DNA of 63,108 bases, filler included, from Blastocystis sp. subtype 4 (GCF_000743755.1; 23 parts of 23 records of this genome joined end to end with filler, not necessarily neighbours in it); one strand, 5' to 3'; shown: positions 25,880-38,615, counted from the whole stretch's first letter. A program made the numbers and translations. Notes: generated by a model from the sequence alone, not told the origin.

Positions 25880-26126
25880 TCATATGAAACAATTAGTGAT
25901 GAAGAAATAAACGGATGAGAATTAATGAAATGATAACAAATTGATGTGATTGGGAGTGAGTGAGAAAGTGATTGACATGAATTGTGAGATATGAATAGAA
26001 TTGATATGATATGAGAGTGTAGATATNNNNNNNNNNNNNNNNNNNNNNNNNNNNNNNNNNNNNNNNNNNNTTAATTAATTAANNNNNNNNNNNNNNNNNN
26101 NNNNNNNNNNNNNNNNNNNNNNNNNN

Positions 26127-26490
26127 ATCTGACACTGCTTTGAACAATACCGCACCAACTTGCATCGTGAGCAACGGGAAAGTGATTTAAATCGTTTAAA
26201 GCAATAATGACAAATAGATGGAATGCGCTGACTCACTGGAGAGCAAATCAATGGATACGTTGACAGAATCATCGCTCCTATTGGTATTAGGATATGTAAG
26301 ACCAATACCTTGAGGAATATCACAATTCGCTGTAACACGAGATCCTGGATGTTCCAGAGCATTATACGTGAATAATGGATTCGCATGAATAGAACTGGAC
26401 ATGAAGGGACGATTCCAAGAATCAAATGAAGTGTGAAAAGGAGTTGAAATCATGTAATCCTCTCAGCAAAGGTCAAAGGGCTCATAATTC
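26127..26490 (-). CDS. MYND zinc-finger protein (SMYD-like), 5' fragment; exon structure uncertain
   Basis: CHYCFKRFKSLSRCSRCKLVRYCSKQCQ. Confidence 0.7.
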
Positions 26491-26522
26491 TTCATCACAA
26501 AGTAACAGTTCATTCTACAACT

Positions 26523-28362
26523 ATGGCTGATTCTGCTAGTAGACGTAGATTGGATCGTAGATATGATCATCATTGTAGCACATCAGCAGAATGGAGTCTC
26601 CATCTCTCTTCCCAATGTAAATGTTGGAGATCAAATTGATGGTATTGGTACGACCTATTAATCTCATTTTAGGAAATTCAATCAATTATAACAGCCTTAC
26701 TGGAAAACAGGATGAATTCTCGACAACTCCGTTCTATTCCGACGGATTGCAGTATGGCATCATGCAACAGGCAATCGAAAGTGGGAATACTGAAGGTGGA
26801 GTTGCATCCGAAACTGGATTAGTACCTTCTGTTGGTACTTTTGATTTCTGTAATAGAATAGACTGTACAACAGAGTTTTTCATACAATGTCTTGTTTCCT
26901 GTTCCAAATGGTCAACCGTCGACTGGAATCACATTTCCAGCCAATTCAATGAAAGATATGACAATTAGTAAGGCTATATGGGGAACCCATTCCTAGATGA
27001 TTCTAATCATGTCGTATCGTATCCGCCACAATCCGCTCCTGCCTTATTTCAGCAATCAACAGAAAAGACAGATCCAACTGTGAACGCAGAACGTAGTCCT
27101 GTAGATGTTACCTACTATCAACATGGTCAACGTCCTGCACCGCAAGGATATTTCTCTAATGCTTTAATTGACTCTGAAAATGATGATAAGGAGTATGAGT
27201 ATGTTGATCATCCCATGTATACAGAACGGGTAATTGAAGCAAAGCAACGTAAAGTATAGAAGCGATCGCGACGAGGCCATTTAGAGAACCCAAAACGAGT
27301 GCGAAGTGCATATAATTACTTCAGTCAGGATTTCTTTATGGGAAACAAGAATGATGATGCTAGTAATCGCGAGACTATTCGTGAAGTGGCAGAAAAATGG
27401 AAGAATTTGTCAGACGAGGAGCGTATGAAATATCAACGCTTAAGTGATGAAGATAAGAAGCGATATGAACGTGAAATGAATGCACTATCAGAATTCTTCA
27501 AAACACACAATCTTCCTCCATTGTTTTCAAAACGAGGTAAGATAAGAAGGGATATGCTCATGATGAGAACGACAATCATTTCTATACAGTTGTATTTCCC
27601 ATGCGAATTTTGAGTGTTTGGCAAATTTTCTTCTTGTAATGAATGTATGGATAATGAGATGATTAGTATAATAGAATGGTGATCTGGATATTTCTCTTGC
27701 GTTTGTTGAGGCTGTGATCCGAGCACTTCATGATCGTCCTTTAAATCAACTCATTCGATCAGAACCTGGGTATTCAGAGCCATCAGATCCATTGAGTTCT
27801 CAATCTTTGGACATGCTACAACCCTCTTCAGATCTGTTTCAAAGTGTACCTCAAGTGGATCAAGACTTGGTTTTCAAATGTTATTATCCCAGGTGTGGGA
27901 AGATCTTCAAATCACGACGGAATCTAAACAATCATCGTAAGATTCATGATGGTAGGATTGAAGGAAGACAAATATGAATAGAAATGCGACAACCTTCTCA
28001 TGCATGTACATATCCTGGTTGTACGAAGACGTATTTAACATCATATGGTCTATCAAAGCATATGCACTCTCATGAGAATCGAACTATAGAATATGTGTGC
28101 AATCAATGCAAGGAAGGTCGTGTATTCAAAACAAAGGAAGGATTAACATTGCACATTAAGAATAAACACCAAGATAAAAGGGATTATCCTTGTACTGAAC
28201 CTGGATGTGAACGGTCTTTTGCTCGCAAGTCTGATTTGCGTATGCATCTAGTTCGTTGTCATACTGCTGTTAAACCTTTTGTGTGTGATGTGGAGACGTG
28301 TAAGAAGTCTTTTGCTTCCATGTCCGAGTTGCAGCGTCACCGACGGCTTCATCTTCCAACAT
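26523..28362 (+). CDS. HMG-box plus C2H2 zinc-finger transcription factor (multi-exon; start approximate); stop probably completed by polyadenylation
   Basis: HMG box PKRVRSAYNYF...VAEKWKNLSDEERMKY and five C2H2 fingers. A 30-nt intron at 27230-27259 removes an in-frame TAG. In-frame T28362 lies 4 nt before TGTTTGTT. Confidence 0.75.
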
Positions 28363-28366
28363 CAAT

Positions 28367-28392
28367 TGTTTGTTACAGTATTCAAACAAACA
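28367..28392. promoter_or_regulatory. Pair of convergent TGTTTGTT polyadenylation elements (+ 28367-28374; - 28385-28392)
   Basis: Perfect motifs lying between the 3' ends of the zinc-finger gene and EF-1alpha. The same motif follows V-ATPase A (18709-18716), 32114-32121, DPAGT1 (41222-41229), PP5 (50538-50545), 59271-59278, RPL13A (60933-60940) and eRF1 (60964-60971). Confidence 0.85.
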
Positions 28393-28416
28393 CAACATAA
28401 AAGGATCAAAACCAAC

Positions 28417-28528
28417 TTACTTGGCACGTACAGTGCTGTTAATGATACCGACAGCAACAGTCTGTCTCATATCACGAACAGCGAAACGACCAAGAGGAGG
28501 ATACTGTGAGAATGTCTCAACACAGAGA
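28417..28528 (-). CDS. EEF1A: Elongation factor 1-alpha, C-terminal fragment
   Basis: [36 protein letters not shown]; not in the supplied ORF track. Confidence 0.95.
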
Positions 28529-28628
28529 NNNNNNNNNNNNNNNNNNNNNNNNNNNNNNNNNNNNNNNNNNNNTTAATTAATTAANNNNNNNNNNNNNNNN
28601 NNNNNNNNNNNNNNNNNNNNNNNNNNNN

Positions 28629-31097
28629 AGATTTGTCGACTTCATCCACTGTTGACAATTCATATACTGATTTGAAGTACTATGTTGTGACTCTTCCAGG
28701 CAAACAAATGCAGACTTCAACAGTAACGAGTCCAGTGACATTCCTTCAATCTGGAATCAACACGATTGCTATTGCCATTGTTGCTATTGATGATACTCAA
28801 CTCACATCCTATTTCGATGCAGTTGTTCGTTTGATGGCATCAGAACAATCTGAATCTCATATCTGGGAATTCACTGTTACAACTACTGATATCGATAATA
28901 TGCAGGAGGGAGACATGTTGAATGATCTCTCAGCTTCTAGCTGTACCAATACCAATTCTCTCACCATCACATTGAATAATGATCGTCATGAATGGATCAG
29001 TTCTGTTCAGATTCAGAACTATTACACTAGATATGAATGGACAACTGAATTCAATCTGTATGGTCGTAACTCAGATACAGATGAATGGACACTTCTGAAG
29101 GAAGTCACTGGTCTCACTTATTCAACTCTTAGTCAGAAGAGAATCTACTTCCCTAACAATACTCCTTACAATCAATTCAAGTTTGAGAACTTTACTACTG
29201 ATGATCCTTCTGCTTGTTGGGGAGTTGCATCTCTGGATCTGTTTGCTGATAATGTGATGGCTGATATTCCTAACTTCACTTATGATTCTTCAGTCACTGT
29301 AGTCAAGTATGCAGAGATGGCTGAAGTGATTCCTCAGAATGGAGATCGTTACATGAACTTCAGAATCAATCCTTCTCTTCCTGCTGGTATTGTGTTGGAT
29401 CCTCACACTGGTTGGATCTCAGGTACTGCCACTGCTGGGAATGGTACTCAAACCTACACCATCACTGCTACTAAGATGACTGGAGGAGATGTGACTGATA
29501 CTATCTCTCTCTCAGTTTCAATATGTACTGGAGGCAAGGGATTGATGACTGTTCGTATCTACGCTGATGTCTATCCCAATGATTATTCATGGAAGCTGTA
29601 TGAAGGAAGAGGAACCACAGGAGCTGTTCTTCAATCTGTATCTCCATTCCCTGTATCTTATTCTTATTACTATGTTGATTTCTGTTTGGATGATGGAATC
29701 TACACATTTGAAGGATCTAAATCATATGGAGATGGTTGGGATTACTGGTATAGTTACACTCTGACTGTTGATTATGGAGAGATGGAGTTGGATATACAAG
29801 GACTGGACAGTTCAGATACAACACCGTCTACTGTGACTGTATCAACAGTGTTCTCAACATATTTCCCATTCCAGATTGAATACACAGATTGGAAGGTGAT
29901 ACAGAGTGATGTGTCAAGTGATTGGAATACTGTCAGTTTCGATGATTCCACTTGGAACACATACAAGGCTGTTGATATTCCTTCCACTTCTTCAATCACA
30001 ACATATATCCGAAAGAGTTTCACAATGAGTGGATTGAATGATTATCAAGTGTTGAATGTTCGAGTGAAGTATTCTGGAGGAGTGGCTGCCTATCTGAATG
30101 GAAATCTGGTTGCTCGATTCAATCTTGAAAAGGATTTCGATTCTTTGAGTCTATCAATCACTGATCATGATGCTAGTGTGTTCTCGAAGTTCCATGTGAT
30201 TCTGTCAACAGCTGGAATTGAGGAAGGCAGTAATGTATTCAGTTTCGAGATTCATCGTCATTTGAGTGGTTCTTCTTCTGATCCTGTTGTGTTTGATGCT
30301 ACTGGAGTATTTGGAGTTGAAGACTGTTCTACTGTTGTTGATTCTTATTCTTCTCTCACTTCTACTGAACTGGAATATGGTACTCTTGATGAAATCATGG
30401 ATCTGGATTCTTACACTTATGGTGTACTACCCAATATGATTGGAACCTATATTGACTGGACTGTTGAGAATCTGGAAGGAAGCAAATGGAACTCATTCAA
30501 CATTGTTGGAAGATTCACTGTTTCTTCTTGGGGCTTTGATATCTATGGTTATTCCAATCCTGATGATGAACAGGAATCAGTGACGATTCTGAATGCTGTG
30601 AATCAGACCGTGACTATCCTAACAAAGCCTCAGATTGCTGTTCCTGTGGCTCTGACTGGATTCCGAAGATATCGATGGCAAATCACCAAGGATACCTCAG
30701 AGTACCTCGATGTTAATTCAATTCATATGGCCTATTGCAAGGATCCCAGACACAATGATCCTAACTGGACACCTGTTCCAACACCAACTCCAATTCCAAC
30801 TTCGACTCTAATTCCCACTAATGCTCCCACAACAGTGTTGCCAACATTTGTTCCCACACTACCTCCAGTTCCTACTTCGATTGTTACTCCTTCTTCTGCT
30901 CCGACAACAGATGAGTGTGGAGATGGGTTCATGAAGATTATATTCACAAGAGTATCAGGTGAAGAGGAATGTGAGGTGAGAGTGAGTGATGCTTCAAGCA
31001 AGACAAATGGTTTGATTCTAATCAATTCACTCAGTTCATCTTCAATCTACTGTCTCAATCCTGGTTACTATTACATTGGTTGTAAAGGAGCTGGTAT
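28629..31097 (+). CDS. Large surface protein of the expanded family (internal fragment) with Pro/Thr-rich linker
   Basis: 838-aa open frame with LPAGIVLDPHTGWISGT, LNVRVKYSGGVAAYLNGNLVARFNL and PTPTPIPT linker. Confidence 0.85.
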
Positions 31098-31274
31098 NNN
31101 NNNNNNNNNNNNNNNNNNNNNNNNNNNNNNNNNNNNNNNNNTTAATTAATTAANNNNNNNNNNNNNNNNNNNNNNNNNNNNNNNNNNNNNNNNNNNNCCC
31201 TAACCCGTCTGATCTAGGAAGCTAAGTCATTACGAGTTGAGTTAGTACCAGTGTGTTTAACCCGCTGAGAAGTC

Positions 31275-31990
31275 TCAATGCTGTTCTTTTCTCTTTTCCT
31301 TCAAATCAGTATGAATCATCATTTCTGTTTGGATGGAGATGTGAATGAATGAGAATAGTGGAATGATTGGAATTGTTGAGAGTGATTGTGAACAAACAGA
31401 TGAATGAAGTGGTTCAATTCCAAATGCATATCCAGCAATTCCTCCATAATTGGCATTCGTTTCAGAAGAAGTCATTGGAAGTCTGAGTTGGATAGGTTCA
31501 CAAGGAATGATTGAGACATTGAGGGGATCAGATAACGGAGATTTGAGTTGTTGTAAACAGGAATCACTGAAGGAACAGGAACAATGATTCCAGAGTATTT
31601 CTGCTTGGTAGTAGTGATCTCCTCGAATTCATCAGGATGCCAATCAGCATAGAAAGTGAATTCCATCCAATACTTGTCCTTCATGTTCCAGTCATGGATC
31701 TTCTCACAAGAATCAATGAAATACTCAAGACGAGTTTTGAACTCCTCAGTCATCACATCACGACTAGTACACTTCATGATAGTGCTCCACTTGCTCAGAT
31801 AACTCAGATAACCATTCTGATCACAAGTGAAATCAGAGTGTTCATAAGTGGGATTTGAAGGATAAGCAGGCTTTCCAGTAAGAGGTTTGTTCTTATCGAA
31901 ATCAGGCTTCTTGTGAGACTGAGGAACATTAGTGTATTCTACCTCAGTCTGTTCCAATCGCAGTACCTTCCAGTGAGGATATCCAACATT
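31275..31990 (-). pseudogene. Papain-family propeptide (I29-like) fragment apparently lacking the catalytic core
   Basis: EEFKTRLEYFIDSCEKIHDWN...EFTFYADWHPDEF resembles ERFNIN plus xNxFAD. No QxxCGSCW follows, and there is no ATG start. Confidence 0.45.
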
Positions 31991-32138
31991 GTCTCCAATT
32001 GACTCAGTTCAGTAATATCATGAACTTGGATACATAATCGACATTAAGTACAGTGAATGTTGAAGAGAATCCTTGATTACAGTAATATTCTAAGGAATCA
32101 TTACTAGGTTATCAACAAACAATCTCCTGTTTCTACTA

Positions 32139-33613
32139 TTAAACTTTCACCTGTTTCGCAGAAACCTTCTTTGTTGTTGTCTTGCTCGACTTTGATGACT
32201 TCTTTCCCTTCACGCCACCTACTGCCTTCGCCTTCTTTCCAGTTCTCATAAGGAAGAGAACAACAATAGCAACAATCACAATCACAATAATAACCCCAAT
32301 AACCAACAATGGAACGGACATACAGAATCCGGAAGCCTTCTGCCATTCTCCATCTTCACTTCCCAACACACAAGCACGCTTCTGAGTACCCACATAACTG
32401 CCCTGAGTAGCACAATCATACTCAGCCACTGTACCCACATCGGTTACAGGGAATACACCTTCTGCAACACACTGACCCTTTCGCACTTGAATTGATACTG
32501 TTGCTCTTGTGGCTCCTGATTCATTCTCAGCATACACAGTGTACGTTGTCAAATCCATAGTATCTGTGGGAATTCCAGAGATCTCACCAGTCTGGGCATT
32601 CAGACTCAACCCAGCAGGAAGAACTACTCCAGTATCGATATACCAACGTTGAACAATGTTTCTCACTGAGGGAACACCAGTGGTTACTTGTGTTCCCATC
32701 ACAAATCGATTCATTGAGGAAATATAACGGGCATTCGTTGGTGGTCTCATGGAACAATGATCTGTCTTGACTTCACCCAACACACCTCCAGAACACTCAC
32801 GATATGAATATCCACTATAACCAGTCTCACAAGAAGAAGGAGAGATTTGACCTTCAGCCACTGAAGGATAGTTGCCAATTCCAGGACACACAGCTCCTGA
32901 AGCCTTGCAATATGCCATATGAACAGAACCCAAAGTCGTTCCTGTAGTGCCAGTCACAGTAACCTCCCATCGATATCTACGGAATCCAGCCAGAGCCACA
33001 GGAACAGCAATCTGAGGCTTTGTTCGCTGAGTCACAGTCTGATCAATAGCACTCAAAATTGTTACTCGCTGACTAGCAGATTCATCAGGATCGTAAGTAG
33101 CAATGATATCAAATCCCCAAGAAGTGACTGTGGATCCTCCAACCATATTGAATGAATTCCATTTGCTTCCAATCAGATTCTCAACAGTCCATTCAATATA
33201 GGTTCCAATCGTGTTTGGAAGGAATCCAGTAGTGTAAGGATCAAGATCCATGATATCAGCAAGAGTACCTGAAGTGGGAGTAGTAGAAGTGAGTGAAGAA
33301 TAAGAATCAACAACAGTAGAACAGTCTTCAACTCCAAATACTCCAGTAGCATCAAACACAACAGGATCAGAAGAAGTACCACTCAAAGGACGATGAATCT
33401 CGAAACTGAATACATTGTTACCCTCCTGAATTCCAGCTGTTGCCAGAATCACATGGAACTTCGAGAACACATTAGCATCATGATCAGTGATCGATAGACT
33501 CAAAGAATCGAAACCCTCTTCAAGATTGAATCGAGCAACCAGATTTCCATTCAGATAGGCAGCCACTCCTCCAGAATACTTCACTCGAACATTCAACACT
33601 TGGTAATCATTCA
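32139..33613 (-). CDS. Surface-protein family C-terminal part with Cys-rich modules, TM helix and basic tail
   Basis: Family domain shared with 28629-31097; TM LLVIGVIIVIVIVAIVVLFLM; tail KKAKAVGGVKGKK...QVKV*. Confidence 0.88.
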
Positions 33614-33713
33614 NNNNNNNNNNNNNNNNNNNNNNNNNNNNNNNNNNNNNNNNNNNNTTAATTAATTAANNNNNNNNNNNNNNNNNNNNNNNNNNNNNNN
33701 NNNNNNNNNNNNN

Positions 33714-34097
33714 GAATCGAAAGGATTATGGGAAGAGTATTCAGAGAACAACGAGTCTCTTGTTCGAGCCTTATGTGAAGGACGAGTGAATGAGTTGAAG
33801 AATCTGTTTGAAACGAAGTTGGAGATTATGCATACAATAAGCGAGTGTTCTGGTTCTCAAATTGTACCTGATGCTTTGTATAAGGTGATGAAAGCAACGA
33901 ATGATCTGGAAGGAGTTGTGGGTTGTATTGTAGCTGGAGCAGGTGGATTTGATTCGTTTTATTGTCTCTATGATGACAGAAAGACACAAAGAAAGGCATT
34001 TGAAGCTTTGTGGAATCAGTGTGATTGTTCAGTTTCGTCAATTCGAGACAATTCACAAGGACTTCAAATCACTTCCAGTGAAATGAATTGTGGTTAG
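33714..34097 (+). CDS. ERG8: Phosphomevalonate kinase (ERG8-type GHMP kinase), C-terminal fragment
   Basis: ISECSGSQIVP...GVVGCIVAGAGGFDS matches the ERG8 GAGGYDA loop. Confidence 0.7.
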   Translation, partial: ESKGLWEEYSENNESLVRALCEGRVNELKNLFETKLEIMHTISECSGSQIVPDALYKVMKATNDLEGVVGCIVAGAGGFDSFYCLYDDRKTQRKAFEALWNQCDCSVSSIRDNSQGLQITSSEMNCG

Positions 34098-34117
34098 ATG
34101 ATTTTGTTACAAACAGA

Positions 34118-34866
34118 TTAGACAAAAGCGCTTACTGCAGTGAATTTCCCATTGAGTCGGGCTTTCTTAAATGCAGTAGATTGCTTCTGAGCATAGCGAA
34201 CAGTCTTACTATTGGCAATGTTAATAAGACCAAGTTCACGCTTCTTCTTCACAATCATCATACGTCGAAGGCGTCTATAGATAAACACAAACCAACAACA
34301 CTCACCTCTGCTTACAAGCCAATCGACGTTGTTCATGAAGAGTCGAAATCATATCACTTTTAATCATCTGATAAGACGAAGAACTGGATGAGTCAGTGTC
34401 CAGAGCATCACTAACAACCGAGCGGGAGTCAGAAAGCTCCAGAGGAGAAACAAAGGTTGAATCAACAAACTCCATAGGTTGAACCAAAGGAGAGGTCACA
34501 GTAGATATAGTACAAGTAGAGTCCGATTGGTTTTGCTCATTCTCAGTGTCACTAATAGCAACATCAGAGAGGGGCATGGTATCAGTAGATACCACCGATG
34601 GACTTCTTTCCAGACCATCATCTGACGGCATAGATGTCAGAAATGGATCCGGAAAGTCACAAGAATTAGAATACACATCAGAGAAGGGGAAATCATTAGT
34701 GGAATCAAAGATATCAGAATTCAAAGTAAGGGGGGATTCAGAAACGTTATGAGACTCGGAGTCGACAGGACCAGCCAAAAACACTTCCCAGATCGAAATC
34801 TGGAGCAGCGCCTTCAGCTAGAGGATTCATACAAAAAGCAAAGTTATCAGACCACAAGTCTTCCAT
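34118..34866 (-). CDS. CCT-motif protein with acidic Ser-rich N-terminal region (5' structure uncertain)
   Basis: After a 31-nt intron: KQRRLRRMMIVKKKRELG...KTVRYAQKQSTAFKKARLNGKF, resembling the CCT consensus KKIRY..RK..A..RPR.KGRF. Confidence 0.6.
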
Positions 34867-35349
34867 TGTAAATAAAAGAGAATGAAAATTCCACGACCAT
34901 TCGTGCTGAACACAAGTTTCTTCCGCAAGAATTTTAAATGGACCGTGAATATCGTCTTGAAAGAATCGCGGTTATAATGAGTATTCTTCAATGTCCCCTT
35001 TGAGGTGGATTAAAACTATCAATAATTGGTCTATTACCATTTACAGAAGGAAATATGGTCATCGACATAAAATGACTTCACATCTAGTATTCATCCAATC
35101 AAAGACTGGATTCATATATATCAAGTTGGAAAGGATCAGAATCCATCATTACTTCCAAGAGAGTCACTATTGGCAATCTTCCACAATCACCTTTATAAAC
35201 TCAATTCCTTCTCAGACATAATAAACAAGAGTGTCAAAGAGTGAAAGCTAGCAAGAAAATCACAAAGAATAAGAATCACGGTTCTTTTCTGAATCTTGCG
35301 GAATCATTGAACAATTCATTTCTTCTCAATCTATCGTGCTTTAGCTATA

Positions 35350-36130
35350 ATGTCAACACAGAAGTGTATCATCTACGCTACAATTAGTCGGAAGTTGGTT
35401 AATGCATGGATTAGTGAGAGACTAGGGATGTTGTTCTTTGTGAAGAGACTCTTGGAACCTCCGATAAGAAGTCGACAGGAAACTTTGCCCAAATCACACA
35501 GAGCCTTCTTTCCAAGTTTCCTCCTCAGGCCAAGCACAACTTCCACTACGATGAGTGAGAATTGTTGATTTGTTTTCATGTTCAGGAAGTACGATTTTTC
35601 CGTGTTGAACAACAAAGGAATCACGTATGTTGCTATGACTGACAGAGATATGCCTCTGAGAATTGTTTTCGTTTGAATTGGATGAATGGAAGTGAATAAT
35701 AGAATTTCCTCACTGATATGTGTGACAACTTTGTAGCGACATATGGGTATGAGGTTGATGTGTTGTGGTGACTTGTAGAGATCGTGCCAAGACTGCTCAA
35801 GCATTTGCAATGTCCGACTTCTCTTCTACGATTAGTCAATTGATGTCCAAGTGGAACGATCCGAATGCTGATGCTGCTACTCGTGTACAGCAGAAGTTGG
35901 ATGCTGTGAAGGGCGTTATGATTGACAATATTGGTTGAACTGGATTGTTGGTATGAGATGTAGATAAGATTATTGATCGAGGTGAGAAATTGGATATTAT
36001 CGTAGATAAAACAGATGCTTTAGCAGATACAGCTGATGTAAGAGTGAGAGAGATTGGATTAACTGTAGTTGTTCCGTTCGGATGCCAAGAAATTGAAGTG
36101 TGAGGAATTGAAGAAGAAGCTGAGACTGTA
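35350..36130 (+). CDS. VAMP7: Longin R-SNARE, VAMP7-like (3'-truncated)
   Basis: Longin IIYATISR..GNFAQIT..GITYVAMTD; SNARE VQQKLDAVKGVMIDNIDKIIDRGEKLDIIVDKT. Confidence 0.9.
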
Positions 36131-36230
36131 NNNNNNNNNNNNNNNNNNNNNNNNNNNNNNNNNNNNNNNNNNNNTTAATTAATTAANNNNNNNNNNNNNN
36201 NNNNNNNNNNNNNNNNNNNNNNNNNNNNNN

Positions 36231-36636
36231 GGTTTACCTTGAATGATTATTGAATAATGCATTTATTGCTAGAAAGAATTAACGACAACATTCTTGTTCT
36301 TCACTTTGTTAGTCAAAATGTATGATTCATAATTTGTGATACATTGTTAGTCCTATGTCATATTATGTGTCTGACCATTATTGATAATAAATGTAAAACT
36401 TTTGTGCTTCATTGTTGCCCATGATTTGACTTGAAATGGGTTGGATATGTTTCCAAATTATTATCAAAATGTCTGCATTTTCGAGCTTGTTTATGGGCCT
36501 TTTTGTCTGCATTTTCGTGGCGTTTTTGTCTGGTAGGGTTAACCCTGTATAGCTACCCAGGGTTGGAGGCCTATGCTTGCGACGGTTTGTCTGGATGAAA
36601 AAATACGTAACATACGTCAATTACCTACTACTTTCT
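36231..36636 (+). repeat. Dispersed repeat family, copy C, directly upstream of the hAT transposase
   Basis: Contains all three conserved blocks, plus palindrome AGGGTTAACCCT around 36535-36546. Confidence 0.65.
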
Positions 36637-36659
36637 CAAAGAGAAATAGATGTAAAGTA

Positions 36660-38615
36660 ACATGTATGTGACTGTATGCTATGTTCAATTCCAGGTTTCA
36701 TATGTAAGAAACTGATTACTGCGGATAAGAAGAAATGCATCAACCATATCAAAAGTCATTTCTCGAACGATTATTCCATTTACTCAGTAATAATAAAGGA
36801 TGTAACATTGTGGAATGGAGTTAATAGTAGATTGTTAGTACCTACAACACAAAGATGATGAATAATATTATTGATGTAGTTTTTTGGCATGATACGAGTA
36901 TAATTGTGATTCGTTCACAACCTCTAGAGTCATAAGGAGGAAGGAACAATGGATCACTACGTGAAACGAACTGATACAAGCAATGATGATTTGGTGTTAT
37001 TTGCTTCAAATGCTAATTTGTCGCTATCTCTGTTGGATTCTCCTTGGTGGAATATTCATGGAATCTTGTGCGCCGGGATTTCGTAGAGTCAGTTCAACGA
37101 CATTATGTAATAAGCTGCTACCTCGTACTGCAAAGAAGGTGATGGATTTTGTTGTGAATCAACTAATGGGTTGTAAAGTGACTCTAGTTGTTGATGAGAT
37201 GAGGAAGAATCATTGTTCTTTTTATAATTTCGTGCTAGCAGCAGATAGTGATATTGATATGAGAGGGGTGAACGTTTTCTTTTGGGACAGTATTAGTATG
37301 GAAACAGGAACATCTAGTGATGTTGGGAAGGCAATAGCTGATCAAGTGAATGCGTTAACTAAACTGGGTCTTGATGTTGTGGCTTATGCAACAGACAACT
37401 GTAGTGTCATGCGAGGAACCGAGGATTTTGTGAAAGCTCATTGTGGAAGGAGTATACCTCGTATTCCTTGTGTATCACATTATCTGAATGGAATACTCAA
37501 GAAGATGTTGAAACAGGAGCCTCTAAAGACTCTTTGGAATAATGTCCGTGATGGCTATCTCTCTCATTATTAGGTGCGTGAAGCAAATGCCTGTGTATTA
37601 TCCTCCAAGGTTCTCTACAACAGAATGATGGAATTCCAACAAATCTCACCGTTTGAGCCAATTCCTTAGATCCTTGAGTGGTCCTGGTATTATGAAAATA
37701 GGATATTTCTTGGAGTGTTTGGTTATCTATAGGTAATCTTGATGAAGGACCAATCGTTCAGTATGTTCGTGAATCACTCTACGAAAGGAATGAAATGGAG
37801 CACATATGGATTGATGATATGAGTATGGATAATGATATCAAAGGCAGTACTCTCCCTAATGACTCAGGGGATGACTCAGATGACTCCAGCGATAAAGTGA
37901 TACTAACGATAGTTGTATTGCTGTTCCTGATCTTTCGATTCCTAAGAGAAAGAGGAATAGGCGATATAAACTCCTATCATACTGTGAAACGCGGTGGTAT
38001 AGTGCTGTATTGGTTATGAGAAGATTCTATTCACTGTATGAGTCGATGAAATTCTTGTATGATGATATGGAACAGAATCCTACTGCCTATAGCAAACAAA
38101 AGAAGAATGAATTCATAGCTTCAATGGGAAAGATTGATAAAAGAGAGCTTCTGAGAGCAGTATATTATCTTCAACCATTGGTTCAAGGAATTGCTATTTG
38201 TCAAGCTGATACTACTCTTCAGATGAATGTAATTCCTCTGTTGAGAAGTATTCGAGACTATTATTTGAGTCATGCTCAAGAAGGAGATGAATTATTCTTT
38301 CTGAATCAAAAGGATATGGGTCTATTGTTTATTGATGACAAGGGGTTATTCAAAAGGACTCCGAAGCATCTTTATAGTCTATTCTATGATAATCTCAATT
38401 TAAAGGTTGATATGAAGACAACATTGGATCCTGAAACCCAAAAGTTCATCTATTTAGTGAAGAAAGACATTCGGAAGTTATTAACTGCGAAGAATCCGCT
38501 CGTCTCCATAAATGAAATCAATCGTCTCTGTAATATAGCAGATAAGGACATTCTCACTTATCTGGGAGATACTGACTCGCGTATTGGTATCTCTGTTAAT
38601 CAGTACTTTATCTTC
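36660..38615 (+). mobile_element. hAT-superfamily transposase with spliceosomal introns; frameshift near 37050; 3'-truncated
   Basis: Putative BED-like finger (C..C...HIKSH), PGFRRVSSTTL, VTLVVDE (first catalytic D), AYATDNCSVM (second D), CVSHYLN (CxxH) and CETRWYS. 30-nt intron at 37544-37573. Confidence 0.8.

Noticed and set aside
31198..31206. CCCTAACCC at a contig start as a telomere
   Set aside because: Only 1.5 units are present, which is too short to support a call.
36534..36547. Palindrome AGGGTTAACCCT as the hAT terminal inverted repeat
   Set aside because: No partner end or target-site duplication is visible because the contig is truncated, and the palindrome is not conserved in other repeat copies.
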